The translations under genes and the position numbers were made by a program. A DNA stretch of 64,000 nt from an uncultured delta proteobacterium. GTDB taxonomy: Bacteria; Myxococcota_A; Polyangia; Polyangiales; Polyangiaceae. Below are positions 54,408-64,000 of this stretch, in pieces (the stretch's first letter is position 1; each line of letters starts with the position of its first letter). The stretch is from the NCBI GenBank assembly GCA_963782055.1, contig CAWAIF010000003.1:672001-736000 (forward strand). Reading direction: 5' to 3'. The notes beneath the pieces are model-generated. The model worked only from the letters and a program-made list of their open reading frames with translations. It was not told where the DNA came from and searched no databases.

Positions 54408-56153
54408 GTGGTGCACCCCGACATCATCCTGCGTGGCGGCCTCTTCTTCGACGGCACCGGCGCCCGGGCAGAGGTGCGCGACGTCGCCATCCGCGGCGAT
54501 CGCGTCGTCGCGGTGAGCAAGGAGCGCCTCGCGCCCGGCCCGGACACCCGCGTCGTCGACTGCGCCGGTAAGTGGGTGATGCCCGGCTTCATCGACCTGC
54601 ACACCCACTACGACGCCGAGATCGAGCTCGCCCCCGCGCTCACCGAGTCGCTCCGTCACGGCGTGACCACCGTCATGCTCGGCAGCTGCAGCCTCAGCCT
54701 CGCCGTCGGCACCCCGGACAATCTCGCCGACCTCTTCTGTCGCGTGGAGGCCATCCCGGACGAGCTGGTGCGCCCGCTGCTGCACGACAAGAAGACCTGG
54801 TCCACCCACCAGGAGTACTTCGATCACCTCGGCTCGCTCGCGCTCGGCCCCAACGTGTGCTCCTTCGCCGGGCACTCCGCCATCCGCGCGCACGTGATGG
54901 GCATGGAGCGGAGCCTGGAGAAGGGCCTGATCCCCGAGCCGCGCGAGCTCGATGCCATGGAGGCGATGGTGGAGGGCGCGCTGGACGCCGGCTACCTCGG
55001 CCTCTCGGTGCAGACGCTGCCCTGGGACAAGGTCGGCGGGGATCGCGACATCCGCAGCCGTCCGCTCCCCTCGACCTTCGCGAAGTGGAGCGAGTACCGC
55101 CGCTTCACCCGCATCCTGCGCGAGCGCGACCGCATCTTCCAGGGCGTCCCCAACCCGGCCTCGCCCCTCGGCTCGGTCCTCTTCTTCGTGGAGAGCGCGG
55201 GCATCGTCCGCAAGCGCCTGAAGACCACGCTCATCTCCCTCATGGATCTGCGCGGCACGCGCTGGCTGCGCACCATGGCCGGGTCCCTCTCGCGCGTCTT
55301 CAACGGCCTCTTCGACGCCGACTTCCGGTGGCAGGCGCTTCCGGAGGCGTTCGACCTCTGGGCCGACGGCATCGACCTGGTGGTGTTTGAGGAGTTCGGC
55401 GCGGGCGCCGCCGCGCTGCACCTCACGGAGCACCAGAAGCGCATCGAGCTCTTCAAGAAGCCGGAGTACCGGGAGAAGTTCCGCGCGCAGTGGACCAACC
55501 GCTTCCTGCCGCGCGCCTTCCACCGCGACTTCAACGAGTCGCTGGTGCTCGCCTGCCCGGACGCGTCGATGGTCGGCAAGAGCTTCGCCGCCATCGCCGC
55601 GGAGATGGGGCGCGACGTGGTGGACGTGTTCCTGGACCTCGTGGCCGAGCACGGGACCGCCCTGCGCTGGTACACCGTGATGGGGAACGATCGCCCCCGC
55701 GCGCTCGAGCACATCGTCTCGCACCCCGACGTGCTCATCGGCTTCTCCGACGCCGGCGCGCACCTGCGGCAGATGGCGCACTACAACTTCCCGCTGCGCA
55801 TGCTGCGGCTCGTGCGCGACGCCGAGAGGGCGGGCACCCACGTGATGAGCCTGGAGCAGGCCGTGCACCGCGTCACCGGCGAGATCGGCGGCTGGCTCGG
55901 CATCGACGCCGGCGTCCTCGGCGAGGGCAAGCGCGCCGACCTGGTGGTGGTGGACCCCGCCGGCCTCGACGACGAGCTGGATCACGCCGTCGAGATGCCG
56001 ATGGAGTTCTTCTCCCACTTCGCGCGGATGGTCCGCCGCAACGACAGGGCGGTGAGCCTGGTCATGGTCGCGGGCAAGGAGGCGTTCGCCGCGGGGCAGC
56101 CGTCGGAGGCGCTCGGCCGCGATCGCATGGGCGCCGTCCTCGGCCCCGCCTGA
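54408..56153 (+). CDS. N-acyl-D-amino-acid deacylase family amidohydrolase
   Basis: DGTG, PGFIDLHTHYD, SDAGAH, G.RADLVV; TACAAT just upstream (alternative starts 54393, 54411). Confidence 0.88.
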   Translation: MVHPDIILRGGLFFDGTGARAEVRDVAIRGDRVVAVSKERLAPGPDTRVVDCAGKWVMPGFIDLHTHYDAEIELAPALTESLRHGVTTVMLGSCSLSLAVGTPDNLADLFCRVEAIPDELVRPLLHDKKTWSTHQEYFDHLGSLALGPNVCSFAGHSAIRAHVMGMERSLEKGLIPEPRELDAMEAMVEGALDAGYLGLSVQTLPWDKVGGDRDIRSRPLPSTFAKWSEYRRFTRILRERDRIFQGVPNPASPLGSVLFFVESAGIVRKRLKTTLISLMDLRGTRWLRTMAGSLSRVFNGLFDADFRWQALPEAFDLWADGIDLVVFEEFGAGAAALHLTEHQKRIELFKKPEYREKFRAQWTNRFLPRAFHRDFNESLVLACPDASMVGKSFAAIAAEMGRDVVDVFLDLVAEHGTALRWYTVMGNDRPRALEHIVSHPDVLIGFSDAGAHLRQMAHYNFPLRMLRLVRDAERAGTHVMSLEQAVHRVTGEIGGWLGIDAGVLGEGKRADLVVVDPAGLDDELDHAVEMPMEFFSHFARMVRRNDRAVSLVMVAGKEAFAAGQPSEALGRDRMGAVLGPA

Positions 56154-57566
56154 TCAGAGCAGGGGGGACAGCAGGCGCGCGCTCGCCTCGCCCAGCCGGG
56201 CGAGCATGTCGAGCTTCCCGCGCGACTTGAGCGTGACGTGCCGGGAGTGGCGCTTGTCGTGCTTGAAGAGGCGCTCCAGGTGGGCGACCGCCTCCTCCGA
56301 GTAGACCACCGCGTTGATCTCGAAGTTGAGGCGGAAGCTGCGGTTGTCCATGTTGGCGCTGCCCACGCACGCGACCTTGCCGTCCACCGCGAGCGTCTTG
56401 GCGTGGATCATCTTGGGGTACTCGAAGATCTGTGCGCCGGCGCGCAACAGCTCGTCGTAGTACGAGCGCGCCGCCGCGCTGACGACGCGCGAGTCGCTCA
56501 CGTGCGGCACCAGGATCTGCACGTCCACCCCACGCAGCGCGGCGGTGCACAGGGCGACGCGGATGGCGTCGTCCGGCACGAAGTAGGGCGTCGTCAGGTG
56601 GATGCGGTCCTCCGCCTGGGTGATGAAGGTGAAGAAGACGTGCTGGATGGCCTCCCACTCGTGGTCCGGGCCGGAGGGGATGATCTGCACGACGTCCTGC
56701 TCGTCGTCACCGGGCTCGGGGAAGAGGCCCTTGTCGCGGACCACCTCGCTGGTGGCGAAGTTCCAGTCCTCCAGGAAGGCGAACTGCAGCTCGCGCACCG
56801 CGCCGCCCACGACGCGCATGTGCGTGTCGCGGTAGGCCTCCTTCTTGGTCACCTTCTCGGTGTACTCGTCGCCCACGTTGATGCCGCCGAGGAACCCGAC
56901 GCGCCCGTCGCACACGACGATCTTGCGGTGGTTGCGCATGTTGATGCGCGGGAGCAGGCGCCCGACCCTCGGCGGGTTGAACCGGGCGAACTGGCCGCCC
57001 GCCTCCCGCAGCGGCCGCAGGAAGCTGCGAGAGAGGCTGGTGCCCACGCCATCGACGAGGAGGCGCACGACGACCCCCGCCTTCGCGCGCTCCACCAGCG
57101 CGTCGCGGATGCGCTCGCCGGTGATGTCCTGCTCGAAGATGTAGTACTCGAGGTGGATATGGTGCGTGGCCGCGCGGATGGCCTCCTCCAGCGCGTCGAA
57201 GCACATCGCCCCGCTCTCCAGGATCGTCACCTCCTTCGCCGTGGCCAGCACCGAGCCGCCGGAGCGCGCGGCCAGCGTCGCCATCTGCACGCGGAAGGGC
57301 GCGGTGAGGCCCTCGGGGTGCTTGCTCGCCTCACGCTCCAGCTCGGCGCGCACGCTCGCGCGCGACCGGGCGTGGCGGATGCGCTTGCGCGTCAGCCGGC
57401 GCGGGCCAATGAGGAAGTAGACGACGAAGCCGACGTAAGGGATCGCCGCCAGGGAGAGGATCCACGCGAGCGTGGCGACCGGGCTGCGTTTCTCCAGCAC
57501 GATCCACGTCCCGAGGGCGATGACGTAGATGACCTCCAGCGTGGAGAAGACGGCCGTCCAGTGCAC
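56154..57566 (-). CDS. cls: Cardiolipin synthase
   Basis: Two N-terminal TMs; two HKD motifs HRKIVVCD and HAKTLAVD; GSANMDNRS. Confidence 0.93.
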   Translation of the reverse strand: MHWTAVFSTLEVIYVIALGTWIVLEKRSPVATLAWILSLAAIPYVGFVVYFLIGPRRLTRKRIRHARSRASVRAELEREASKHPEGLTAPFRVQMATLAARSGGSVLATAKEVTILESGAMCFDALEEAIRAATHHIHLEYYIFEQDITGERIRDALVERAKAGVVVRLLVDGVGTSLSRSFLRPLREAGGQFARFNPPRVGRLLPRINMRNHRKIVVCDGRVGFLGGINVGDEYTEKVTKKEAYRDTHMRVVGGAVRELQFAFLEDWNFATSEVVRDKGLFPEPGDDEQDVVQIIPSGPDHEWEAIQHVFFTFITQAEDRIHLTTPYFVPDDAIRVALCTAALRGVDVQILVPHVSDSRVVSAAARSYYDELLRAGAQIFEYPKMIHAKTLAVDGKVACVGSANMDNRSFRLNFEINAVVYSEEAVAHLERLFKHDKRHSRHVTLKSRGKLDMLARLGEASARLLSPLL

Positions 57567-57867
57567 GGCTCATCCTACACGGTATGCGCCCTCTCCCCCC
57601 AGTTGCCGCCGCGAGCCACCGCTCTGCGCCGCCCCTGCACGCCATCCGCCGCGTCATCCAGCGCCCGGCCACCGGCGCGAACGCCCACGGCCCCGCCCGA
57701 GGGCAGCGCGCTCAGGCGGAGCCGGGCAGGGAGAAGCGCGCGAAGACTCGGTGCTGCCCGTCCGGAGCACCTCGCCGCAACCTCACGCGCTCGACCCGCC
57801 CGTCCCGCGCTTCCTTGGCAGTGGGCAGAGCTCGCTGATAATCTCTCCTGTGAAAGAGGAGGGTTCC

Positions 57868-58437
57868 ATGAGTCTTCGCCCGGCGTACCTTGCGCTCTCG
57901 TGTCTTGCGTTCGCGATGGCCCAGGCTTGTGGAGGTGACGACACCGTCGTGCCGCTCGACGCGTCGCCCGACGGAACGACCGACGACGGCGGCGGCACCG
58001 ACAGCGGCGGCGCCGACGTGGGGACCCAGGACGACGGCGGCGGTGGCGGCGACGCCGGGGTGGCCGATGGAGGTGGCGGCGACGGCGCGACCGACGGCGG
58101 GTCCACGAGCAACGTCACCTTCGTCTGCCCGGATGGCGGCGCGGCCACCGACTGCTCGCAGTGCGGCGGCGCGCCGCAGCCCTGCGTGTACTGCAACACC
58201 GGCGACGCCGGGGTACTCCTCGGTCGCTGCAGGCCGATGGGCCAGAACTGTTTCCAGGGGATCCCGAACGGGTTCGAGGACTGCCGGTGTGGCGCGGACG
58301 CGTCGGTCTGCCCGGAGAGCTATCAGGTCTGCACGGGCAACGGTCGCTGCCACACCTGCTCCGACGGCAACCAGAACGATGGTCGCACCTGCCAGAACGG
58401 CGGCACCTGCAACGCCGCCGACGGCGGCTGCAACTGA
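57868..58437 (+). CDS. Cys-rich lipoprotein
   Basis: GAGGAGG SD; lipobox AQAC; DGG linker; Cys-rich C-terminal half. Confidence 0.75.
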   Translation: MSLRPAYLALSCLAFAMAQACGGDDTVVPLDASPDGTTDDGGGTDSGGADVGTQDDGGGGGDAGVADGGGGDGATDGGSTSNVTFVCPDGGAATDCSQCGGAPQPCVYCNTGDAGVLLGRCRPMGQNCFQGIPNGFEDCRCGADASVCPESYQVCTGNGRCHTCSDGNQNDGRTCQNGGTCNAADGGCN

Positions 58438-58465
58438 CGTCGGCAAAGCGGGCGTGGGTCGGGAG

Positions 58466-58543
58466 TGGTCGCAGGCCGGGGAGTCGAACCCCGTAGTCCT
58501 CATCGGAACCCTCTCGAGCCCCGGAACCGCCGGGCCACCTGCG
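58466..58543 (-). ncRNA. tRNA-like element (pseudo-tRNA or tRNA mimic) with encoded CCA
   Basis: CGCAGGT/GCCTGCG 7-bp acceptor, CCCG/CGGG D-arm with GG in the loop, CGGGG-TTCGACT-CCCCG T-arm, A-CCA end; anticodon arm irregular. Confidence 0.7.
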
Positions 58544-58730
58544 TCGGCCTGGAGGCGTGCATGTCACGGGCCAGCCCAGGTCGCCGGACAACTGGAGGCG
58601 CTCGAGGCGCAGGGGCTGCAAGGTGCGTCGCGGCGCGCACCGATTGCGCGTCACGCCCGACCGCGCGGCCGGCTCTCGCCGCGCGCCTACCACCGTGCGG
58701 GGGGCCATGCCGGGGAGGCGTGGGCGGCGT

Positions 58731-60572
58731 CTACTCTCCCCCACAAATGCGCGCGCCCATCTTCTCCAGCTTCCCCACCGCACCGGCGAGGCCCGACGGA
58801 TCGGCGATGGGACTCGAGCACTCCGTAAGGGTGCACGCGTACGCCACCGCCTTGCCGTGATCCGGGTAGCTCCCCGGCACCGCCGCGTGCACCAGCTTGC
58901 GCGGCGCGGCCAGGCGCGCGGCCGCGGTCCACAGCGCGGTCTTCGCGGCGCCGTCGGGTCCGACGAGCGAGATCTCCACGAACCCGCCGAGCAGCTCGTA
59001 GAGCGCCTGCGCGAAGAGCGCCTTGTCCGCCCATCCGGCGGTCTTCACGTCGCGCTCGCTCACCTGCGCGAGCGCCCGCCGCGCGCTCGCCCTCCACGCG
59101 TCGTCGTGGGTGAGCCGCCCGAGGCGCAGGAAGAAGCGCGCGGTCTGCACGTTGGCCTCCATCGGCTTGTCGGGCGGGACGAGGTCGTCGGTGTCGCGCT
59201 TCGCGGTGGCGAAGAAGCCGCCGCTCGGGGCCTCCAGCGTGGCGCGGGTCGCCTCGCCGATGCGCAGCGCAGCGTCGCGGTAGCGCGCCTCGCCGGTCGC
59301 CTCGTACAGGGCCACGAGCGCGAGGCCGAGCTCGCCCTGCGGCGCGAGGTACAGCCGCCCGTCCGCCGCCGTCGGCCGGTAGCGCGCGTCCGATTGCAGA
59401 CCGGGCGTGGCCGTCACCTGCACCACCCATCCGTCAGGGCTCGATCGCTTCGCGAGCAGCGCGTCGGTCGCCCTTCGTGCCGAGGCCAGGTACCGCGCCT
59501 CGCCTGTCGCCTCCCACGCCCGCACGTAGGCCGCCACGACGCGCCCGTTCTGGTCGGTGTAGATGCCGTGGTCGATGGGCGGGATGCCGAGCGCCCGCCG
59601 GTGCGCGTCGTCGAGCGCGTAGTACGTCGTCGCGTTCATCCCGGGGGGCAGGTGCGGCGGCTCGTCCTTCTGCGTGGAGTAGAAGGTGCCGTCGGGGGAG
59701 GTCATCCAGCCGCGCACGTAGCGATCGACGTCCGCGATGCGCTTGCGCCAGGCGTCGTCGTGGGAGGCGTCGAGCGCCTCGGCGAAGTTGGTCAGCGCGG
59801 CGGCCTGGTGCAGCATGCGCTTCTCCGGGATGGGGTGCTCCCAGAGGTCGGTGCGCGCCGCGACGAAGACGCCGCCCCACACCGGGTCGATCACCTTCGA
59901 CTCGCCCACCGCCACGCTGACGCCGTGCGCGCTCTTGCCGTCGTCGCCGCGCGCGGCGGCGCGGTAGAAGTCCAGGTCGACCGGCGGCGCCTCGACGACG
60001 TGGAAGCCGCCGCCCCAGCCCCGCGTCGCAACCCCGGCGTCCAGCGTGGAGACGACGGCGGCGCAGCGCGCGTCGAGCGCCGCGTCGGAGGACTCCGGCG
60101 CGCCGTGGACGACGTGCCCGCGCAGGCTCAGCGTGCCGGCGGCGTAGCGCTTGGCGAGGTCGTCCAGGACGGGGACGAAGTCCTTCGCCGGCTCGCTCCC
60201 CTGGATGGCGAGCGCCACGGCGCCGTCCCCCGTCAGGAAGATCTCCGCCGGCCAGCCCCACGGCTCGTAGCGGGCGCCGATGTCCGGCTGCTGGTCGGCG
60301 TCGACCGACACCGGGACGAAGTCCTCCTGCACGCGCCGCGCGACCTCCGCGTCGCGATAGGTGCCCTCGTGCATCCACCGGCAGGCGGTGCAGCCCTCGA
60401 TGCCGACGTCCACGAGCAGCAGCTTGTGCTCGCTCCTCGCGCGCGCGAAGGCGTTGGCCCCCCACCTCGCCCACGCGATCTTCGGCGCGGTCGCCGCCGC
60501 GGACGGCGACTTCGCCGCGGGCCCACCGCAGGAGGCGGTCAGCGCCACGAGGAGGAGCAGGGCCTTGCGCAT
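58731..60572 (-). CDS. DUF255/YyaL-type thioredoxin + (alpha/alpha)6 barrel protein, lipoprotein
   Basis: W..AF.RA...K, CTAC.WM, YEPWGWP, D.VWGG.F, EKRM..QA, AYAC...CS.P; lipobox TASC. Confidence 0.85.
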   Translation of the reverse strand: MRKALLLLVALTASCGGPAAKSPSAAATAPKIAWARWGANAFARARSEHKLLLVDVGIEGCTACRWMHEGTYRDAEVARRVQEDFVPVSVDADQQPDIGARYEPWGWPAEIFLTGDGAVALAIQGSEPAKDFVPVLDDLAKRYAAGTLSLRGHVVHGAPESSDAALDARCAAVVSTLDAGVATRGWGGGFHVVEAPPVDLDFYRAAARGDDGKSAHGVSVAVGESKVIDPVWGGVFVAARTDLWEHPIPEKRMLHQAAALTNFAEALDASHDDAWRKRIADVDRYVRGWMTSPDGTFYSTQKDEPPHLPPGMNATTYYALDDAHRRALGIPPIDHGIYTDQNGRVVAAYVRAWEATGEARYLASARRATDALLAKRSSPDGWVVQVTATPGLQSDARYRPTAADGRLYLAPQGELGLALVALYEATGEARYRDAALRIGEATRATLEAPSGGFFATAKRDTDDLVPPDKPMEANVQTARFFLRLGRLTHDDAWRASARRALAQVSERDVKTAGWADKALFAQALYELLGGFVEISLVGPDGAAKTALWTAAARLAAPRKLVHAAVPGSYPDHGKAVAYACTLTECSSPIADPSGLAGAVGKLEKMGARICGGE

Positions 60573-60688
60573 GCGGCGGAGCGTACTCGGGTCGCCCGCG
60601 GGGGGCCACGCGGCGTGGCAGCGCGAGGCGTGTCGCCGCGGTGCCCTCGCCCTGTTGTCACGCACCATGACGGCGGTACTCTGCGGGG

Positions 60689-61729
60689 ATGACTCGCCTG
60701 CACGTCGCGTGGTTGGCCGTGGCCCTGGTGACGACGGCCTGCGGGAGCGACGCTCCGGTCACTCCGGCCGGCGACGCCGGCGAGGATGCGCTCGCCGCGG
60801 AGGGCGGTGCACCCTTCGACGCCGCCGTCGACGCGCCCGCTCCGCCCGCGGACGCTGGTGACGCCGCCGCGGACGCCGGCGCGCTCGGCACCCTCTTCGG
60901 GGCGGCGTTCAGCCCGCACGACGCCGCGCACTACGACGCCCTCGTCACCGCGTGGGGCGGCGTGCAGGTGTCGCGTTCCTACGACGGCGGCTCCGGCGCG
61001 AAGCCCTTCCTCAACACCTACCAGGCGCAGGACATCGCGCGCGGCGCGGCCTCGGCGTACTCCTTCAAGTACGCCCCCTCCGAGGTCATCGCCGGGACTC
61101 ACGATGCGGACATCCAGAGCTTCTTCGACGGCATCAAGGACGGGCACCCGGTCTTCTGGACCTACTGGCACGAGCCGGACGACGAGATCTTCAAGAGCAA
61201 GACATTCACCGCGACCGACTACCGTGACGCGTGGGCGCACATCCGCAAGATCGCAGACGCCGCGAAGGCCAAGCGCCCGAAGATGATCGCGTACGCGACG
61301 CTCATCATCATGCAGTATTCCATGACGCCCGCCGTGGCGCCCAGCCGCCCGCTCACCGGACCGAACGGGATGTACCCGGGCGACGCCGTGATCGACGTCT
61401 TCGGTGTGGACGCGTACAACTCCGCCGCCGACAAGGGCGGAGTGGTCGACGCGGCCACGCAGTTCGGCAAGGTGATCGACTTCGCCGAGGCGCACGGGAA
61501 GCGCTGGGCGATCGGCGAGCTCGGGTCGTGTCCGGTCAAGGGCGACGCGAACGGTCGCGCGACATACCTCCAGAACGCCGTGCACTACTGGGTGACGCGC
61601 AACGATCCTCCGGTGTTCGCCGCGTACTTCGACCTGGACTGGCCCACGTGCGATTACCGGCTGGACGCCGACGCGCCCGCCACCGCGGTGTGGAAGAAGG
61701 CCGTCACGCAGGGCGTCGCGGCGTTCTGA
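60689..61729 (+). CDS. GH26-like glycoside hydrolase lipoprotein
   Basis: TYWHEPD, YPG..VIDVFGVDAYN, WAIGELG; lipobox TTAC. Confidence 0.75.
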   Translation: MTRLHVAWLAVALVTTACGSDAPVTPAGDAGEDALAAEGGAPFDAAVDAPAPPADAGDAAADAGALGTLFGAAFSPHDAAHYDALVTAWGGVQVSRSYDGGSGAKPFLNTYQAQDIARGAASAYSFKYAPSEVIAGTHDADIQSFFDGIKDGHPVFWTYWHEPDDEIFKSKTFTATDYRDAWAHIRKIADAAKAKRPKMIAYATLIIMQYSMTPAVAPSRPLTGPNGMYPGDAVIDVFGVDAYNSAADKGGVVDAATQFGKVIDFAEAHGKRWAIGELGSCPVKGDANGRATYLQNAVHYWVTRNDPPVFAAYFDLDWPTCDYRLDADAPATAVWKKAVTQGVAAF

Positions 61730-61839
61730 GCGGGCGCGCCACGCGCGCCGGAGCGTGGCCGGTCCGGCCACCACTTTGGCCGCCCAGGTCAACGACGGCG
61801 GGACTCCCACGTGCGACTACACGAGCGTACGGAGGCCCC

Positions 61840-63249
61840 ATGCACACCCGCCTGCTCCCGCTCCTCGCGCTCATCGCGACCGTCGCCGCCTGCTCCGGCG
61901 CGCCGACCCCCCAGGGGACGGAGGAAGCCCCGCTCTCGCCCGCCCCCTTCTTCGCGGGCGACGAGGCCAACGACGCGGGGTTCGCGGTGGACGTCTCCTT
62001 CTGGGAGACGCCGCTCGCCCAGAGCCAGGCCGACTGCCTCTGGGACTCCGGCGTCCGGCACGTCGTCGTCGGCACGCAGGACGCGCTCATCGCGCAGCAG
62101 CAGCTGGCCATGGCGGTCTCCCGCGGGATGACGGTCGACGCGTACGTCTACCTGTACTGGGACCGGGACATCGCCTCGCAGGTCGAGGCCGCCTTCGCCA
62201 TGACCAGGGGCTTCCCCATCGGGCGCATGTGGCTGGACATCGAGGAGAACCCGGAGGGCCTCGGGCCGAGCGCGCTCGTCTCGCTCATCCAGCAGGGCGT
62301 GGACGCGTGCCACGCCGACGGCACCGCCGGCTGCGGCATCTACACCGGCCCCGGCTTCTGGAAGTCGTACGTCGCCAACAGCGGGGCCTTCACCGGAGTG
62401 CCCCTCTGGTACGCGCTCTACAACAAGAAGCGCTCGCTCTCCGACTGGACGACCGAGCACTTCGGAGGGTGGACGAGCCCCGTCGCCAAGCAGTTCCAGA
62501 CCGGCCCGCTCTGCGGCATGGGCGGCGCGGACTGGGACGTGATGCAGGTCTCGGCGAAGCCGACGGTCACGGTGGATCGCACGCCGCCCCCGCCCGCCAC
62601 CACCACCCCCGCGGCGCCGCAGGGACTCTACCCCCAGGAGGGGATGGCCCTGCCGATCGACTACGTGAAGATCATGTCCGGGACGGTGCCCGGCGCCACG
62701 AGCTACCAGCTCGGGCTGGAGCGCTACAACGGCACCTCGTGGGGCACCTACTACACGTGGACCACTCCGAACGCCTACGTGAAGGTGTCGCCGCCGGCGA
62801 AGGCGGCGCTCTATCGCCTGCGCGCCCGCGCGCAGAACGCGTACGGCTGGGGCCCGTGGTCGGACTACGCGAGCTTCGACTACGGGACGTACACCGGGCC
62901 GCGGCCGGACGACGCGCCGCCGCCGGAGCCGACGCAGAGCAACGAGCCGCCGCCACCGCCGCCGCCCGCCGGCGTGCCGGGGGCGCTCGCGCCGGACGGA
63001 GGCGTGGTGATCACCACCTCCGCGGTGGCGATGACCTGCAGCAGCGTCGCCGGCGCCACCAGCTACCAGTTCGCCATCGACGACGACGCGGGGAGCGGCT
63101 GGTCCTCCTACTACACCTACGCGGCCGGCGTGCCGGCGCGCACCTTCTACCCCCAGATCCACGGCGCCGACTACCGCTTCCGGGTGCGCGCGATGGTGTC
63201 GGGGAGCTGGGGCGACTGGTCGAGCTACGCCACCTTCCACGTGAAGTGA
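61840..63249 (+). CDS. GH25 lysozyme-like lipoprotein with two C-terminal FN3-like modules
   Basis: GGAGG SD; lipobox VAAC; VDVS, WLDIEE, GIYT, LWYA, FGGW.SPVAKQF; two GATSYQ..Y.(F/L)R.RA..WG.WS repeats. Confidence 0.82.
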   Translation: MHTRLLPLLALIATVAACSGAPTPQGTEEAPLSPAPFFAGDEANDAGFAVDVSFWETPLAQSQADCLWDSGVRHVVVGTQDALIAQQQLAMAVSRGMTVDAYVYLYWDRDIASQVEAAFAMTRGFPIGRMWLDIEENPEGLGPSALVSLIQQGVDACHADGTAGCGIYTGPGFWKSYVANSGAFTGVPLWYALYNKKRSLSDWTTEHFGGWTSPVAKQFQTGPLCGMGGADWDVMQVSAKPTVTVDRTPPPPATTTPAAPQGLYPQEGMALPIDYVKIMSGTVPGATSYQLGLERYNGTSWGTYYTWTTPNAYVKVSPPAKAALYRLRARAQNAYGWGPWSDYASFDYGTYTGPRPDDAPPPEPTQSNEPPPPPPPAGVPGALAPDGGVVITTSAVAMTCSSVAGATSYQFAIDDDAGSGWSSYYTYAAGVPARTFYPQIHGADYRFRVRAMVSGSWGDWSSYATFHVK

Positions 63250-63281
63250 CGCGCGCGTCGCGGTAGGCTCTCGGACCGCGG

Positions 63282-64000
63282 ATGGCGGTACCGACGATCG
63301 CGAGCGGCGCCCTGCGGAAGATGCTCGCCGTCGCGGGCGAGCTGGGTGTGAAGGCGGCGGACGTGCTCGGCGCGGTGGGGGTGGACGCCGCCGTGCTGGA
63401 GGACGCCGACGGGCGCATCCCCATCGTGACGCTGCACGCGGCGTGGGAGGCGGTGCTCTCCCGCGACCCGCGGGCGCGCGGCGTGTTCGTCGGGGCGGGC
63501 GCGTACACGCCCGGCGACTACGGCGTGATGGGCTACGTGGCGATGAGCAGCGCCACGCTGGGCGAGGCGATGGTGCACTTCGTCCGGTACATCGGGCTGT
63601 GGACCGACGAGCCCTCCTTCGACCGCGAGGGCGCCACGATCGTCTTCGCGTACCGTCAGTCCTTCCGGGACGGGCCGGGCCGGCGGGCCGCGCTGGAGGC
63701 GGCGCCCGCGGAGATCGTGCACGGGGCGCGGATGATCACCCAGCGGCGCATCGTCCCGCGCGAGGTGCGCTTCGCCCACCCGGCGCCGGAGGACGTGTCG
63801 GGCCTGGAGGGGTTCCTCGGCTGCCGCGTGCGCTTCGAGGCGCGCGACAACGCGCTGGTGCTCCGCCAGAAGGACCTCGCGGTGCGGCTGCCCAAGGCGG
63901 ACCCTCAGCTCGTGGCGCTGCTGCGCGGCGTGGCCAACGAGGCGCTGTCCCGGCGCAGCGTGCCCGGCGACTCTCCCCTCGATCAGGTGCGCGCCATCAT
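63282..64000 (+). CDS. AraC family transcriptional regulator, ligand-binding domain (3'-partial)
   Basis: GRIP...W, GDYGVMGYVAMSSATLGEA, EVRFAHPAP, V.F....NAL; runs off the window end. Confidence 0.85.
   Translation, partial: MAVPTIASGALRKMLAVAGELGVKAADVLGAVGVDAAVLEDADGRIPIVTLHAAWEAVLSRDPRARGVFVGAGAYTPGDYGVMGYVAMSSATLGEAMVHFVRYIGLWTDEPSFDREGATIVFAYRQSFRDGPGRRAALEAAPAEIVHGARMITQRRIVPREVRFAHPAPEDVSGLEGFLGCRVRFEARDNALVLRQKDLAVRLPKADPQLVALLRGVANEALSRRSVPGDSPLDQVRAI

Noticed and set aside
58466..58730. tmRNA or canonical tRNA
   Set aside because: The 5' acceptor strand lies only 78 nt from the CCA, leaving no room for a tag ORF; no GGGG 5' end or G3:U70; the anticodon arm is non-canonical

Overview
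Very GC-rich (visually about 70% or more), gene-dense chromosomal segment. Gene content (MYXO-CTERM protein, many Cys-rich lipoproteins with Asp/Gly linkers, fused xanthine dehydrogenase, ECF sigma plus Ser/Thr kinase pair, sigma-54 promoters) points by inference to a myxobacterium, probably Polyangiales. About 55 CDS are supported. They include a TolC/MFP/RND efflux operon (frameshifted), a MacAB-like ABC exporter, a lipid-type cluster (AstA, alpha/beta hydrolase, acyltransferase, GMC oxidoreductase), a ferritin-like di-iron protein/TetR/desaturase locus, pyrD, two cupredoxins, UbiD, cls and several secreted glycan/peptidoglycan hydrolases. No integrase, transposase, phage, rRNA or CRISPR-Cas was seen. 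The most notable unexplained signals are: (1) a 78-nt CCA-ending tRNA-shaped element with a non-canonical anticodon arm (58466-58543, minus); (2) a 4 x 128-bp intergenic tandem array of triple hairpins whose first stem pairs a perfect SD with an anti-SD; (3) TAnnnT -10 boxes 5-12 nt before the start codon of at least 15 SD-less genes, suggesting widespread leaderless mRNAs; (4) two frameshifts in the identical context GATTCGAG; (5) palindromic operators and four sigma-54 promoters. All calls are from reading the sequence; no searches were run.
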